A DNA stretch of 37,471 nt. It comes from a virus. Its lineage: Duplodnaviria > Caudoviricetes. A program made the position numbers and the translations under genes. The stretch is from the IMG/VR virus record IMGVR_UViG_3300044878_000093, positions 1 through 37,471 of that record. One strand, given 5' to 3'. Below are positions 9,285 to 17,881 of this stretch, one piece after another (position 1 is the first letter of the stretch; each line of letters begins with the position of its first letter). Below the pieces are notes generated by a model. It was not told the origin of the DNA, made no database searches, and saw nothing but the letters and a program-made list of their open reading frames with translations.

Positions 9285-9470
9285 ATGAATAAATTCTCTA
9301 ACGACTCTCAAATCCTTTCCCTTCAACACAAACTTGCAGAAGCTCGTGCCAACACTCGTGAGGCTGAATCTACTGGTTGTTCTGATGAGCTTATCTGCTC
9401 TCTGATGGATGCAGAAGATATGATTATTGGTCAACTGCTGAAGCTTGGTTGCCATCGTCGGGATTGCTGA
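9285..9470 (+). CDS. hypothetical protein
   Basis: AAGGA RBS; own promoter and terminator. Confidence 0.65.
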   Translation: MNKFSNDSQILSLQHKLAEARANTREAESTGCSDELICSLMDAEDMIIGQLLKLGCHRRDC

Positions 9471-9486
9471 TTAATAACACCTATAC

Positions 9487-9514
9487 AAGCCCTCAAAAGA
9501 GGGCTTTATTTATT
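9487..9514 (+). terminator. intrinsic terminator
   Basis: AAGCCCTC-AAAA-GAGGGCTT-TATTTATT. Confidence 0.8.
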
Positions 9515-9527
9515 GGAGAATATATAA

Positions 9528-9722
9528 GTGTGGATTAAAACAAATCTTTATGCTTGGACACATTCAGAACATGGGTGGATAATAGCTAAGTGGTGGACAT
9601 TATGCGGCAAGAAAGAGGTTTATTACTCGACTTACCTCAAAGTACAGGCCAGAGAGAAAGGAGAGAATATAGGGACATTTAATAGCTTGAAAGAAGCGAA
9701 AAAGAGCTTTACAGAGGGTTGA
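9528..9722 (+). CDS. hypothetical protein
   Basis: GTG start after GGAGA. Confidence 0.55.
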   Translation: MWIKTNLYAWTHSEHGWIIAKWWTLCGKKEVYYSTYLKVQAREKGENIGTFNSLKEAKKSFTEG

Positions 9723-9736
9723 ATAGGGTTTAAACT
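9708..9736 (+). promoter_or_regulatory. sigma70-type promoter
   Basis: TTTACA-17-TAAACT followed by CA-rich leader. Confidence 0.6.
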
Positions 9737-9770
9737 CATTACATCAAAGACAAACACAGAGACACATACC

Positions 9771-10133
9771 ATGATCACTGCCACTTCCCTCCTGCACCCT
9801 TCGATGCAAATCAAAATCAAATCTGCTCGTGTGCAAGCTGAGTGCCTTGGTCTGGTTGCCCCAGTCTTAAACTCTAAAAGAGCAGCCTTCATGGTGGCCA
9901 TAAAGCATGAAGGCTGTGATAACGCCAGTTTCTACTTGACAGACAATGAAGGTTGGCTTGGTACGGATGTAACAGCAATGGTGTTGAAAGCTTGTCCTTA
10001 TCCTGCACCAACCGTAAAGAAATCTTTCTTTCGTAAATGTGTTGACAAGGCTGTCAGTGTGTACGAGAATGTAGCTACAAATGCAGTAGGCTATGTTGCT
10101 GGGATTACTCTAGTAACAGCTTCTTTCTCTTAA
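9771..10133 (+). CDS. hypothetical protein, hydrophobic C-terminus
   Basis: 120-aa ORF after promoter. Confidence 0.65.
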   Translation: MITATSLLHPSMQIKIKSARVQAECLGLVAPVLNSKRAAFMVAIKHEGCDNASFYLTDNEGWLGTDVTAMVLKACPYPAPTVKKSFFRKCVDKAVSVYENVATNAVGYVAGITLVTASFS

Positions 10134-10144
10134 GGAATAACTAA

Positions 10145-10363
10145 ATGTTCTCTACCATCTTGTATGTACAACTCTGCTTTAGTCAAGTAGATTGCCATGA
10201 ATTTGAACCTAAGACATGGACAGCTAATTCTGTAGCTGAATTGAACAAAGATTGTGTTGTCTAACACTCCCTTGAAGCTTGTGCTAAGGAAGAACGTAAA
10301 TACCTCTCTAATGTGATTGGAAGCTACAAAGAGTCTGACTGCTACGTCATAGAGGCTAAATGA
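10145..10363 (+). pseudogene. small Cys-containing ORF interrupted by in-frame TAA at 10262-10264
   Basis: AAGGA RBS; frame continues 32 codons past the TAA to a TGA 1 nt before next ATG (10365). Confidence 0.5.
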
Positions 10364-10554
10364 AATGAACACAACATCTGTCATCACCCCTGTAATCAAA
10401 CACACTATTCATGGCTCTCTAGTGTTGTGGGAAGATACTCGACATGTCTCGCTAAGAGCTTATCTGTATGAGTCTTTCTTGATGATGGGGGATGATTATG
10501 CTGAATATACGCCTGTTAGGTTTGAATCTTTGTAAAATAAATTGAAAATAATAC

Positions 10555-10583
10555 TTTACAGGGTAGTCTGATGTCCGTATACT
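10555..10583 (+). promoter_or_regulatory. sigma70-type promoter
   Basis: TTTACA-17-TATACT, A-rich UP-like element. Confidence 0.75.
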
Positions 10584-10626
10584 GAATCCATCAAGACAAC
10601 AAACACCTACTGAAAGGAACTACCAA

Positions 10627-10788
10627 ATGAATAACTCAACTTCCCGCAAAGCAGCCATGAGCCGTAACATCGCTAACTGGGAAACTGTAGTTAGTAAACA
10701 AGGTAAAACCTCTAAAGAAGCTCAACGTCTTCAGCTTCGCTTGGCACTGAACCTGTTCAATCAAATGGATCAACATCCAGCCTACTAA
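10627..10788 (+). CDS. small basic hypothetical protein (53 aa, not in ORF track)
   Basis: AAGGA RBS; MNNSTSRKAAMSRNIANW... Confidence 0.6.
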   Translation: MNNSTSRKAAMSRNIANWETVVSKQGKTSKEAQRLQLRLALNLFNQMDQHPAY

Positions 10789-10809
10789 GAACATTCTAGC
10801 AGGAAACTC

Positions 10810-10835
10810 AAGCCACTAGATCTAGTGGCTTTCTT
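10810..10835 (+). terminator. 22-bp perfect palindrome; probable terminator of + strand block
   Basis: AAGCCACTAGATCTAGTGGCTT then TCTT. Confidence 0.6.
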
Positions 10836-10922
10836 GTGTCTGTAACACTACATATAGACATTCTTCTAATACCTTCCTACATCTTGTGTCTAAAGACCTT
10901 TAAGCTACACTAGATCTAGTCT
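10813..10922. promoter_or_regulatory. four phased NrdR-box-like palindromes
   Basis: ccaCTAgATcTAGtgg (10813), acaCTAcATaTAGaca (10845), ttcCTAcATcTTGtgt (10874), acaCTAgATcTAGtct (10907) vs consensus acaCwAtATaTwGtgt. Confidence 0.6.
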
Positions 10923-11373
10923 ACAACATCCCTCTAATACCCTCATAAAGACTCTCTAGTCACCTTCCAGTGGCGTACACAAACTCTGTTTGGGTTAAGC
11001 CTGACCACAATCCCCTCTCAGTTTCACACCATCCCAACATATGGGACACACCAAACACTAGCCCAATAAGCATTCCCTACATGGTGGCTACAGTATTGCT
11101 TGACATAATCTTGTCAGTAAGGTGCTGCCTACAACGTAGAATAGTCAGTGCTAACCTTCAGTTCAGTTGATCAGTGGGAAGTTGAACTGAAGGCCTAAGT
11201 CATTGTATTTAAAGGAGATTCATTGTTTAAGTCATTAGCTTGGAATACCGTTTGGAATACCTACTGATGGGTGTCCTTGTCAGGTCCCTGTCGAGATGAT
11301 CATTAGTCCATTAAAGGTTAGTGCACAAGATGATTGTGTTCAAACGAATCGCACGCGATATTTCTCGATTTAA

Positions 11374-11393
11374 GATAATAATTATTCTCATTT
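11374..11393. promoter_or_regulatory. Fur-box-like site
   Basis: reverse strand TGAGAATaATTATTA vs 7-1-7 TGATAATnATTATCA (12/14). Confidence 0.45.
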
Positions 11394-11485
11394 AACTGGG
11401 AGCTGTTAAGAGCCTTAGATAACCCGCCAAGGTTTTGAGGAGTACAGACCTTGTTCCATAAGGCTTACAGATATTCTGGACATAG

Positions 11486-11517
11486 AAAAAGAGGTCTTCT
11501 ATACAAGCAAGACCTCT
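11486..11517 (-). terminator. intrinsic terminator of - strand block
   Basis: AGAGGTCTT/AAGACCTCT stem; U-tract on - strand; just after HNH stop. Confidence 0.65.
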
Positions 11518-11538
11518 AAAATTTAGGGGGTTGGGAAT

Positions 11539-12645
11539 TTACACAGTTGAGATAACCATTTCTGAAGTGTCTACACCAAAGTATTCGAATGTCTCTTTGA
11601 AGGTTAGCTTCTTGTCACTCTTATATTGGTTAGCAGTCTTAGCGTTAATACCGAAACTCTCGTACCAATATTTCGGGCTATTATAAACTCCGTTGATCGA
11701 AAGCCTTTTAACTCGCTGTCTAGGGGCAAATAGTGCTTCTTCCAATGTCATACCTTTACGAAGCATGTTGGTGGTAACAGCACCTTCACTTACACCAAAG
11801 TGAGCACACAACTCTTTGATATTTCCAGTCACACCCCTTATAGTCTGTTTAAGATATTCAAGTCCTGTATAATTCAAAATGCCTTCATAGTTATACCCTT
11901 CATCTAGCAGTTTGGTTAATACTTCTGTTGACCTGCCATGCTCTAGTCGAAAGTATTCTTTTGTAGGATACCAGTATGCAACACCTGTTTCACTTTGCAC
12001 TTCAAAACTGTACCTGTAAAAGCTTGCTGGAGGAAGGTCATTAACTGCACTCCAAATATCCCAACCATAAGCAGCAATCCTATTCCTTACAGAGAAGTAG
12101 TCTTTACCTAGCTGTGTGCATAGTTCATTAAGATTTACTGTCTGCCCTTCCCATTCAACTTCTACCAATCTAAAACCGTATCGAATGTATGTTTCATATT
12201 TCTCAACAGCGAGTTCAATAGATCCAAGTTTTAGTGCGTTAGAGGAAATATAGGTGTAGGCTGCATATGGGTTATCATACCCTTCAACATAATCTTTAAG
12301 GAACATACCATCAATCATCAAAGCCCCATCTTTGTTTCTCATGTTCTCTTGATGAGTAACCCAACGAAGGTTGGAGTAGTGGTTGTTTGTTTTGTCCCTA
12401 TCTTCGTGGTCTACAACATCTTTGGTTTCAGGATCACTGTTAGGAACAAAAGCAAAAGCTACAAGGCGGTGTACTCGTTCCATCTTACGCCATCCATCAG
12501 GATGTGTTAAGTTGACATAGTGATATTGTGGAATTCCGTTTAGGACTTGGGCTACAGGTACGTTGTCCCAAGCATTCCTGACTTCACCAGTGTTACTAAC
12601 TTCATATTTACCGTTCCAACCTTCTACTTCTTTCCACTCTTCCAT
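11539..12645 (-). CDS. NUMOD4-HNH homing endonuclease with long C-terminal DNA-binding region
   Basis: EEWKEVEGWNGKYEVSNTGEVR (NUMOD4); VHRLVAFAF..VDHEDRDKTNNHYSNLRWVT (HNH). Confidence 0.9.
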   Translation of the reverse strand: MEEWKEVEGWNGKYEVSNTGEVRNAWDNVPVAQVLNGIPQYHYVNLTHPDGWRKMERVHRLVAFAFVPNSDPETKDVVDHEDRDKTNNHYSNLRWVTHQENMRNKDGALMIDGMFLKDYVEGYDNPYAAYTYISSNALKLGSIELAVEKYETYIRYGFRLVEVEWEGQTVNLNELCTQLGKDYFSVRNRIAAYGWDIWSAVNDLPPASFYRYSFEVQSETGVAYWYPTKEYFRLEHGRSTEVLTKLLDEGYNYEGILNYTGLEYLKQTIRGVTGNIKELCAHFGVSEGAVTTNMLRKGMTLEEALFAPRQRVKRLSINGVYNSPKYWYESFGINAKTANQYKSDKKLTFKETFEYFGVDTSEMVISTV

Positions 12646-12680
12646 CTTTACAACTCCTCTTATATATTATACCGGCTTAA

Positions 12681-13103
12681 TTAAATTAATGCTTTGTTCT
12701 GATATTCATAACCATACTCAATACCCTGCTGTTCACAGACAATACTCTGTCTAGGATATTTCACTCTTAGTATTTCCTTGTCTTCTAGCGAGCGCTTTAG
12801 GAGTCTATAACAGAGTGTACAGGCTTTTACATAAAGCTTTGCTTGACTATTCTTAAACTCAAGAAGCTGCATTACATTCTCAGTAGATATTTCATCTAGG
12901 AAAAGAAAGCATTTGATAATTTGTGTAGTGGCTAGTGGTATTTGATTTGGTTTATCTCCATACCAATCTAACCGTGCAACACCAGATACAATGTCATCAA
13001 TCCACACAGGCCAAGTGTCTGGTTCATCTCGTCCATACCAGTGCTCACATATCTGCTCTCTAATATCATTCACTAGCACTATTGGCTTACGTCCTCTTGT
13101 CAT
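12681..13103 (-). CDS. hypothetical protein
   Basis: 140-aa ORF in - strand operon. Confidence 0.65.
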   Translation of the reverse strand: MTRGRKPIVLVNDIREQICEHWYGRDEPDTWPVWIDDIVSGVARLDWYGDKPNQIPLATTQIIKCFLFLDEISTENVMQLLEFKNSQAKLYVKACTLCYRLLKRSLEDKEILRVKYPRQSIVCEQQGIEYGYEYQNKALI

Positions 13104-13290
13104 CTAGTTTCTCTTCCTCAAGTTTTCTAACAGCTTCCTTCTGTTCAAGCTCAGTCATATTTGCTTTCTTCCTTCGCTGTCTCATCCATTCCTTAACTCC
13201 AATAGCTGCAAGGGCATCAGCGTTAGCTTCTACCCTTTGTGCAATCTCAGATGTTAAGTCAGGAATTTTAGATTCTTTTTCTTTACTCAC
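13087..13290 (-). CDS. hypothetical helical protein
   Basis: overlaps neighbours in operon fashion. Confidence 0.55.
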   Translation of the reverse strand: MSKEKESKIPDLTSEIAQRVEANADALAAIGVKEWMRQRRKKANMTELEQKEAVRKLEEEKLDDKRT

Positions 13291-13822
13291 TAAAGTATTT
13301 ATCCTTATACCAAATCAGACTCTCCAAAGCTGCTTTCCTCTCCTTAGTCCAACGTTCAATATGTGGCTTGTGCCATTCTTCTGTATACTCAGCTTCCTTA
13401 CTAAGACTCTCAATAGCCTCATCTAGTGTTGTATCTTTACCAAATGCACCAGTAATGTAGTGAAGTCCTTTCAAGCCTGCAAGGGTATTAATCCCAAGAG
13501 AATCTTCAGCAGCACACTTAGTACATGAACAGCATACTTTTGTGCAGTCTCCTGAGTGCTCGTATCCTAGGACTAGTTCGTCAACATAGTAAGACATCAA
13601 TTGTTCAACACGCTTATTGATTTTAGATTCAGGATCTTCCTCGCTGTTGATCAAGTCTTCCAAGGATTCCTTAACCTTGGCTAGATCATCTGCTTTGTAA
13701 TAAGCATCAAAGATAGCATTATAAACTTCTTCCAGTTTTAACTTGGCTCTCATACTAACAAGATCAGCTTCGGTCAGTTCCACTTTAGACTTCAGTGGAT
13801 GCTGCTCATAAATTATTCTCAT
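13283..13822 (-). CDS. hypothetical protein with His/Cys cluster
   Basis: HSGDCTKVCCSCTKC possible metal site. Confidence 0.7.
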   Translation of the reverse strand: MRIIYEQHPLKSKVELTEADLVSMRAKLKLEEVYNAIFDAYYKADDLAKVKESLEDLINSEEDPESKINKRVEQLMSYYVDELVLGYEHSGDCTKVCCSCTKCAAEDSLGINTLAGLKGLHYITGAFGKDTTLDEAIESLSKEAEYTEEWHKPHIERWTKERKAALESLIWYKDKYFSE

Positions 13823-13995
13823 AACCCCTCACACTCCTTAATAATATCCTAACATTTCTCAAATGCATCTACAACATGCCCACACCCAACAGCTTGACAG
13901 TATGTTGTATCAACGTCAAGCATCAGATGATAAACTTGTAGGTGTAGTTCACTAAGCTTACGTTCAAACTCTGTTGGTACATATTCGTCGTTCAT
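13819..13995 (-). CDS. small hypothetical protein, possibly truncated by TAG at 13849-13851
   Basis: ATGA overlap at start; reading through TAG gives a second ATGA overlap with next gene. Confidence 0.45.
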
Positions 13996-14198
13996 TCCAA
14001 CCTCAACAATTCAATCAACTTCTCATTAGCCTCAACAGGATTCTCAATCATCTCAAAAGCTTGTTGTGCATCCATGACTGTTATCCCTTGCTCTTTAAAT
14101 TCCCTTACACACATTTTCCCGTACCCGCTATCAGATTCTTTTGAGCATTTGTATTTATATCTAGCTCCGCAAGAGCATTTCTCGTATGTGTCTATCAT
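13992..14198 (-). CDS. small Cys-rich protein (SEC-C-like CSCG..YKYKC)
   Basis: motif in translation; ATGA overlap. Confidence 0.6.
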   Translation of the reverse strand: MIDTYEKCSCGARYKYKCSKESDSGYGKMCVREFKEQGITVMDAQQAFEMIENPVEANEKLIELLRLE

Positions 14199-14377
14199 TT
14201 ATCAATCCCTCTAGTTAAGTATTTATAAGCTTGCTCTTCATCTGGTGTGGTCAGATACATATACCACTGTCGAGCTTTCCTTCTAGCCTCTTTGGGTGTG
14301 TATCCCCAACCGGTAACCCAGCCATCTTTATCAACCGCCCACCAGAGTTTTTCTGTCTTACGATGCACTATTCTCAT
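14195..14377 (-). CDS. hypothetical protein
   Basis: GAGGAGAG RBS. Confidence 0.6.
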   Translation of the reverse strand: MRIVHRKTEKLWWAVDKDGWVTGWGYTPKEARRKARQWYMYLTTPDEEQAYKYLTRGIDK

Positions 14378-14390
14378 TTAAATTCTCTCC

Positions 14391-14642
14391 TCAACAATAA
14401 GCCGAACACTTCGGACAAGGACAGCTCAAACACATTGGCTTATATCTATCCGCTACAGGGATGCTGTCCCATATACATTTGATGTCTCCTATCTGCCCAC
14501 TTCTAAACTTACTAATACCTCCATCAGTAAACGGATATTCTTGACTAACTCTATACCTATTCAAAGACTCTTCAAGCTCTTTCTTAATTTCCTGAAGTTG
14601 TTGTTCGATACTGTCCATACGTTCTTCAATTGTGATGTTCAT
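14391..14642 (-). CDS. hypothetical protein, C-terminal CLSCPCPKC
   Basis: coiled-coil N-terminus plus Cys cluster. Confidence 0.6.
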   Translation of the reverse strand: MNITIEERMDSIEQQLQEIKKELEESLNRYRVSQEYPFTDGGISKFRSGQIGDIKCIWDSIPVADRYKPMCLSCPCPKCSAYC

Positions 14643-14920
14643 TTGGTATTCATACCTTATATTTATAATGGTCTTTAGGAGTTCTCACATCAAACGTTTC
14701 AGGATTGTTAGGGAACATTTCTATGTAATCCCCATCTGGATGCTCTAAATAAAGTTTCTTCTGAACCTCTCCATTTTCATAAGTTACTTCAATGTAGTTT
14801 TCTACCATCTTCTGACTAATAATTTTCATTTTCCACTCCTAATGTGATACAAAGCCCACACCACAACAATACAAGGCATTAGTGTCAGTGTTATTGCTGC
14901 TCCAAGGATATCTTGTTTTG

Positions 14921-15193
14921 TCATGGTGCCTCCCAATCAAACTTATAATCAATACCGCCCATCTCAAACTGAATAAGGTCAGTCAAGATAGTAACTGTTG
15001 TACTTCCTACAAGTCTCCAACCAGAGGGGAGGTTATAGTATAGGTATTCAGCAAAGTCTTTAGGGTCATCACAAATTACAGATAACTTGAGTTCGAAGAA
15101 GTCAGTAACGTCTTCATACACACTTACAAACCCCGGAATATCTTCTGGAGACCTAAACCTGCACTCTGTCTTATCCTTCAAATCTAAAATCAT
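14921..15193 (-). CDS. hypothetical protein
   Basis: start moved to ATG 15193 after GGAGG. Confidence 0.6.
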   Translation of the reverse strand: MILDLKDKTECRFRSPEDIPGFVSVYEDVTDFFELKLSVICDDPKDFAEYLYYNLPSGWRLVGSTTVTILTDLIQFEMGGIDYKFDWEAP

Positions 15194-15372
15194 TTCTTCC
15201 TCCCCTCGTCCCACTCATTAATTAAATCCACAGTATTTACAAATTTGTAGTTCACGTATTGTGAGGCTGCAAATTCATCCGGGAACTGCACCACCGCACA
15301 CTTATAATTCTCGCTAGCCCAGCGGATAAAGTCTTTGATCAATTGTCTGTCGTAATTGTATTCAGTGGTCAT
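15190..15372 (-). CDS. hypothetical protein
   Basis: ATGA overlaps. Confidence 0.55.
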   Translation of the reverse strand: MTTEYNYDRQLIKDFIRWASENYKCAVVQFPDEFAASQYVNYKFVNTVDLINEWDEGRKK

Positions 15373-15614
15373 TTGTATTTATCCTTCTTTGGTCCTTCCA
15401 TAAAACTTCTGAAATCTCGTTGACAATCAAAACACAACCAAGCATCACCTTTAAAAGTAGCCCCGCCCCAGTCACCTTGCATTGTGCAACCACCTTCGTG
15501 TCCAGACCACACTACTTTACAAGAACCTTCAACATTTCCCCGACGATCATCTGAGTTATTTGTTTCATGGTTGCATCTATCACAGATATAGATTGTAGAT
15601 GTTTTAATTGCCAC
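15369..15614 (-). CDS. small zinc-finger-like protein
   Basis: CDRC...LCFDC pairs; GGAGG RBS. Confidence 0.65.
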   Translation of the reverse strand: MAIKTSTIYICDRCNHETNNSDDRRGNVEGSCKVVWSGHEGGCTMQGDWGGATFKGDAWLCFDCQRDFRSFMEGPKKDKYK

Positions 15615-15871
15615 TTATCAATCCTCCCCAATAACAGCCGTATAAATCACAGCAACAATAACAAGAGGCCACAGAAGGCACAATATCCAGTCATTCTTCA
15701 AATCATATTTCTTACCCTTAGCCGTGCTGATGTGTGCATGGATGTAGGATACTATAAGTGCAACGATGAAATAAATAATTAGTAAGGTCATTTTAGTATA
15801 CCCTGTAGGTGTGCTTGTAGTTAAAGAGATTGAAGCTCAGTATAGCAGTTTTACCCAACAAAACAACCTTT

Positions 15872-16249
15872 TCAATCGATTTTTGAAGGGTATTTGTAGT
15901 CATGTGTTTCATTGTCATAATTATACTCCAAAATAAGGCCAACAAGTGCCCAACTAGGCCATGTTTTATTCACAGATGCAAGCTGTTTAAGGTTACTAAA
16001 GCCTGTACTCTCCAAAAAGTCACCCACTTCAATGTTTAGTTTCTTACAAGCTCGCTTAAGGTGCTTAATTTCGGTTCCCGGAACATGTCGTTGTGGCATT
16101 CGGATACCTTTCTCACTGGAAAGTGTACGCCAAAATGTTTCGTCAGCGAAATCATCACGAAGATTCTCACTAGCCCATAGTTGGGCTGCTTCTCGTTTCT
16201 CTTTTACTTGCTGACGTTGCTCATCAGTCATTGGTGCAAACGTTTTCAT
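15872..16249 (-). CDS. hypothetical protein
   Basis: GGAGAG RBS before ATG 16249. Confidence 0.65.
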   Translation of the reverse strand: MKTFAPMTDEQRQQVKEKREAAQLWASENLRDDFADETFWRTLSSEKGIRMPQRHVPGTEIKHLKRACKKLNIEVGDFLESTGFSNLKQLASVNKTWPSWALVGLILEYNYDNETHDYKYPSKID

Positions 16250-16261
16250 ATTTCTCTCCAA

Positions 16262-16537
16262 TTAAATTGTTATGCCACTATTCAAAGAACACTTCTCAAC
16301 CAAATATTTATGAATCCTATACACGTCCACTTCCGTAACTGCATACCCTTCCTTAATCTTCTCATCCACAATCTGTAACGTAACCATTGCAGCTTTGTTA
16401 TTACATTCTTTGAGAATAGCATTCTGCCATTTAGCGTAGAATACTCCGGGACCATAGATGACAGGCTTCACTGGTGGAGTGATTGTACAGGCTGTCAGGA
16501 TTAAAGTAAAGGACAAAATAATTATGGAAGTTTTCAT
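16262..16537 (-). CDS. putative lipoprotein
   Basis: MKTSIIILSFTLILTAC signal peptide with lipobox. Confidence 0.65.
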   Translation of the reverse strand: MKTSIIILSFTLILTACTITPPVKPVIYGPGVFYAKWQNAILKECNNKAAMVTLQIVDEKIKEGYAVTEVDVYRIHKYLVEKCSLNSGITI

Positions 16538-16543
16538 TTCCTT

Positions 16544-16738
16544 CTACCTTGAGCTAGTAAGCTCGGTTATTTTGTTTTCAAGGGATATTACGTATTCAAA
16601 ATATTCTTCTAATAAACTAGACAATCGGAAGTGTTCAGACATTCTGTTCTCCTTGTATTCTGTAAATGCTGGAAAGCTATGAGGTTCACCTAAAGCATAT
16701 TTAGTTTCCCACGCAAGACGTTGTTTAACTAGGTTCAT
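16544..16738 (-). CDS. hypothetical protein
   Basis: AAGGA RBS before ATG 16738. Confidence 0.5.
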   Translation of the reverse strand: MNLVKQRLAWETKYALGEPHSFPAFTEYKENRMSEHFRLSSLLEEYFEYVISLENKITELTSSR

Positions 16739-16970
16739 TGTTTTCCTTGTATTGTGTATCACACGACATTTTATGCTTTCCACTAAGCCCACATTCTGGA
16801 CATTGGTCAAACATTTTAATGAGTTCTTCTACTTCATACAATGTTCTCTCAAGAAATTCATGACCTCTGTCCATTCCTAAACCATCAGAAATCTTCTCCA
16901 TGCGTAGCTCAACCTTAGTGAGGTCTTTGTGGATTATTTGAAGATTCTTTAGTAGTTGTTTCTTAGTCAT
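16725..16970 (-). CDS. hypothetical protein with CPEC..H...C motif
   Basis: motif in translation; ATGA overlap. Confidence 0.55.
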   Translation of the reverse strand: MTKKQLLKNLQIIHKDLTKVELRMEKISDGLGMDRGHEFLERTLYEVEELIKMFDQCPECGLSGKHKMSCDTQYKENNEPS

Positions 16971-17179
16971 TTAACGCATTCCATATGCAATTCAACTTTC
17001 TCTGTATCTAATGGCTTACCAACTTCGACAGGAACAATCCTATATTCATATTTGCCACCTCTCCAAGTTTTCTCTACTTCACCATAGTAGGTGGCTAGGC
17101 TTTCAGTTGTATAAGCCCCGATAATATAGTGGTGCGTTTCAGTATCACCCCAACGAAGCATTTCTGTAATGTAGATCAT
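16967..17179 (-). CDS. hypothetical protein
   Basis: AAGGAG RBS. Confidence 0.65.
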   Translation of the reverse strand: MIYITEMLRWGDTETHHYIIGAYTTESLATYYGEVEKTWRGGKYEYRIVPVEVGKPLDTEKVELHMECVK

Positions 17180-17326
17180 AGTCCAAGTTGCTCCTTATAT
17201 TTCTTCACTTGTTGTTCAAGCTCTATAATTTTCATTCGTTTATCTATATTCAAAATAACAGCTTCTGAGTGTCCCTTTGAGTCATAGTGCTGTGGATTAC
17301 TTCTGATCCAGTTTACTTCCCACTCG

Positions 17327-17854
17327 CTAATCAATTCCAAGCTCCTTCTTAGCTTTCTCTACAATATCCTTAGCCTGTGCATACAAAGTAGGATCACCTT
17401 CTGTGAGAACTTCAAGCAACAACTCTTTCTCTTTGATATAAACCTTTGCAAAATCTTTATCATGTTTACAGATCGACTTGCTGTTTGAGATAAGGTCTGC
17501 AAGTTTGATTGTTTTAGCTGCTGGTGGTGCTTTTGCAGTATGCTTACGATCAATCTCTTTACGCTTTGTGCGATTACCCATGTTAGGGAGTGAGACATCT
17601 GTAAGCCATCCAACAAGCAATGCTACGTTTGTACCAAACACATCTTCAATGTCACCATATGAGCACTCCGTGTCTTCAACGCAGTCGTGCATAAGAGCAG
17701 CATAAAGCATATCCTCTGTGTGAGGTACAGAACGAACTATATTCATAACTTCAATAGGGTGGTTGATATAGGGTTCACATGTGTATTTACGTTTCTGTCC
17801 TTCGTGCCATTCTGTTGCAAACCCTACAGCTACACTCAATTTATCTACTTTCAT
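17327..17854 (-). CDS. HD-domain hydrolase, RelA/SpoT (p)ppGpp-hydrolase-like (small alarmone hydrolase type)
   Basis: H.GQKRK...EPYINHP..V, AALMHDCVEDT, LTD, IKLADLISN motifs; stand-alone 175 aa. Confidence 0.85.
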   Translation of the reverse strand: MKVDKLSVAVGFATEWHEGQKRKYTCEPYINHPIEVMNIVRSVPHTEDMLYAALMHDCVEDTECSYGDIEDVFGTNVALLVGWLTDVSLPNMGNRTKRKEIDRKHTAKAPPAAKTIKLADLISNSKSICKHDKDFAKVYIKEKELLLEVLTEGDPTLYAQAKDIVEKAKKELGID

Positions 17855-17881
17855 AAAACCTCCTGATTAATTTATAAACTC

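Noticed and set aside
10813-10922. CRISPR-like mini-array
   Set aside because: Period of ~31 bp with degenerate 16-bp units is too short for repeat-spacer units; no cas genes.
10970-11170. 66-aa ORF in the convergence region
   Set aside because: GTG start without RBS, lies after a terminator, overlaps hairpins; probably non-coding.
11452-11469. GacA-box-like sequence (TGTAAG-N6-CTTACA)
   Set aside because: Only the right half (CTTACA) matches; host unknown; could be chance.
8771-13851. Genome-wide TAG reassignment (code 15)
   Set aside because: TAG terminates several well-packed genes, long genes are open in the standard code, and one interruption is TAA.
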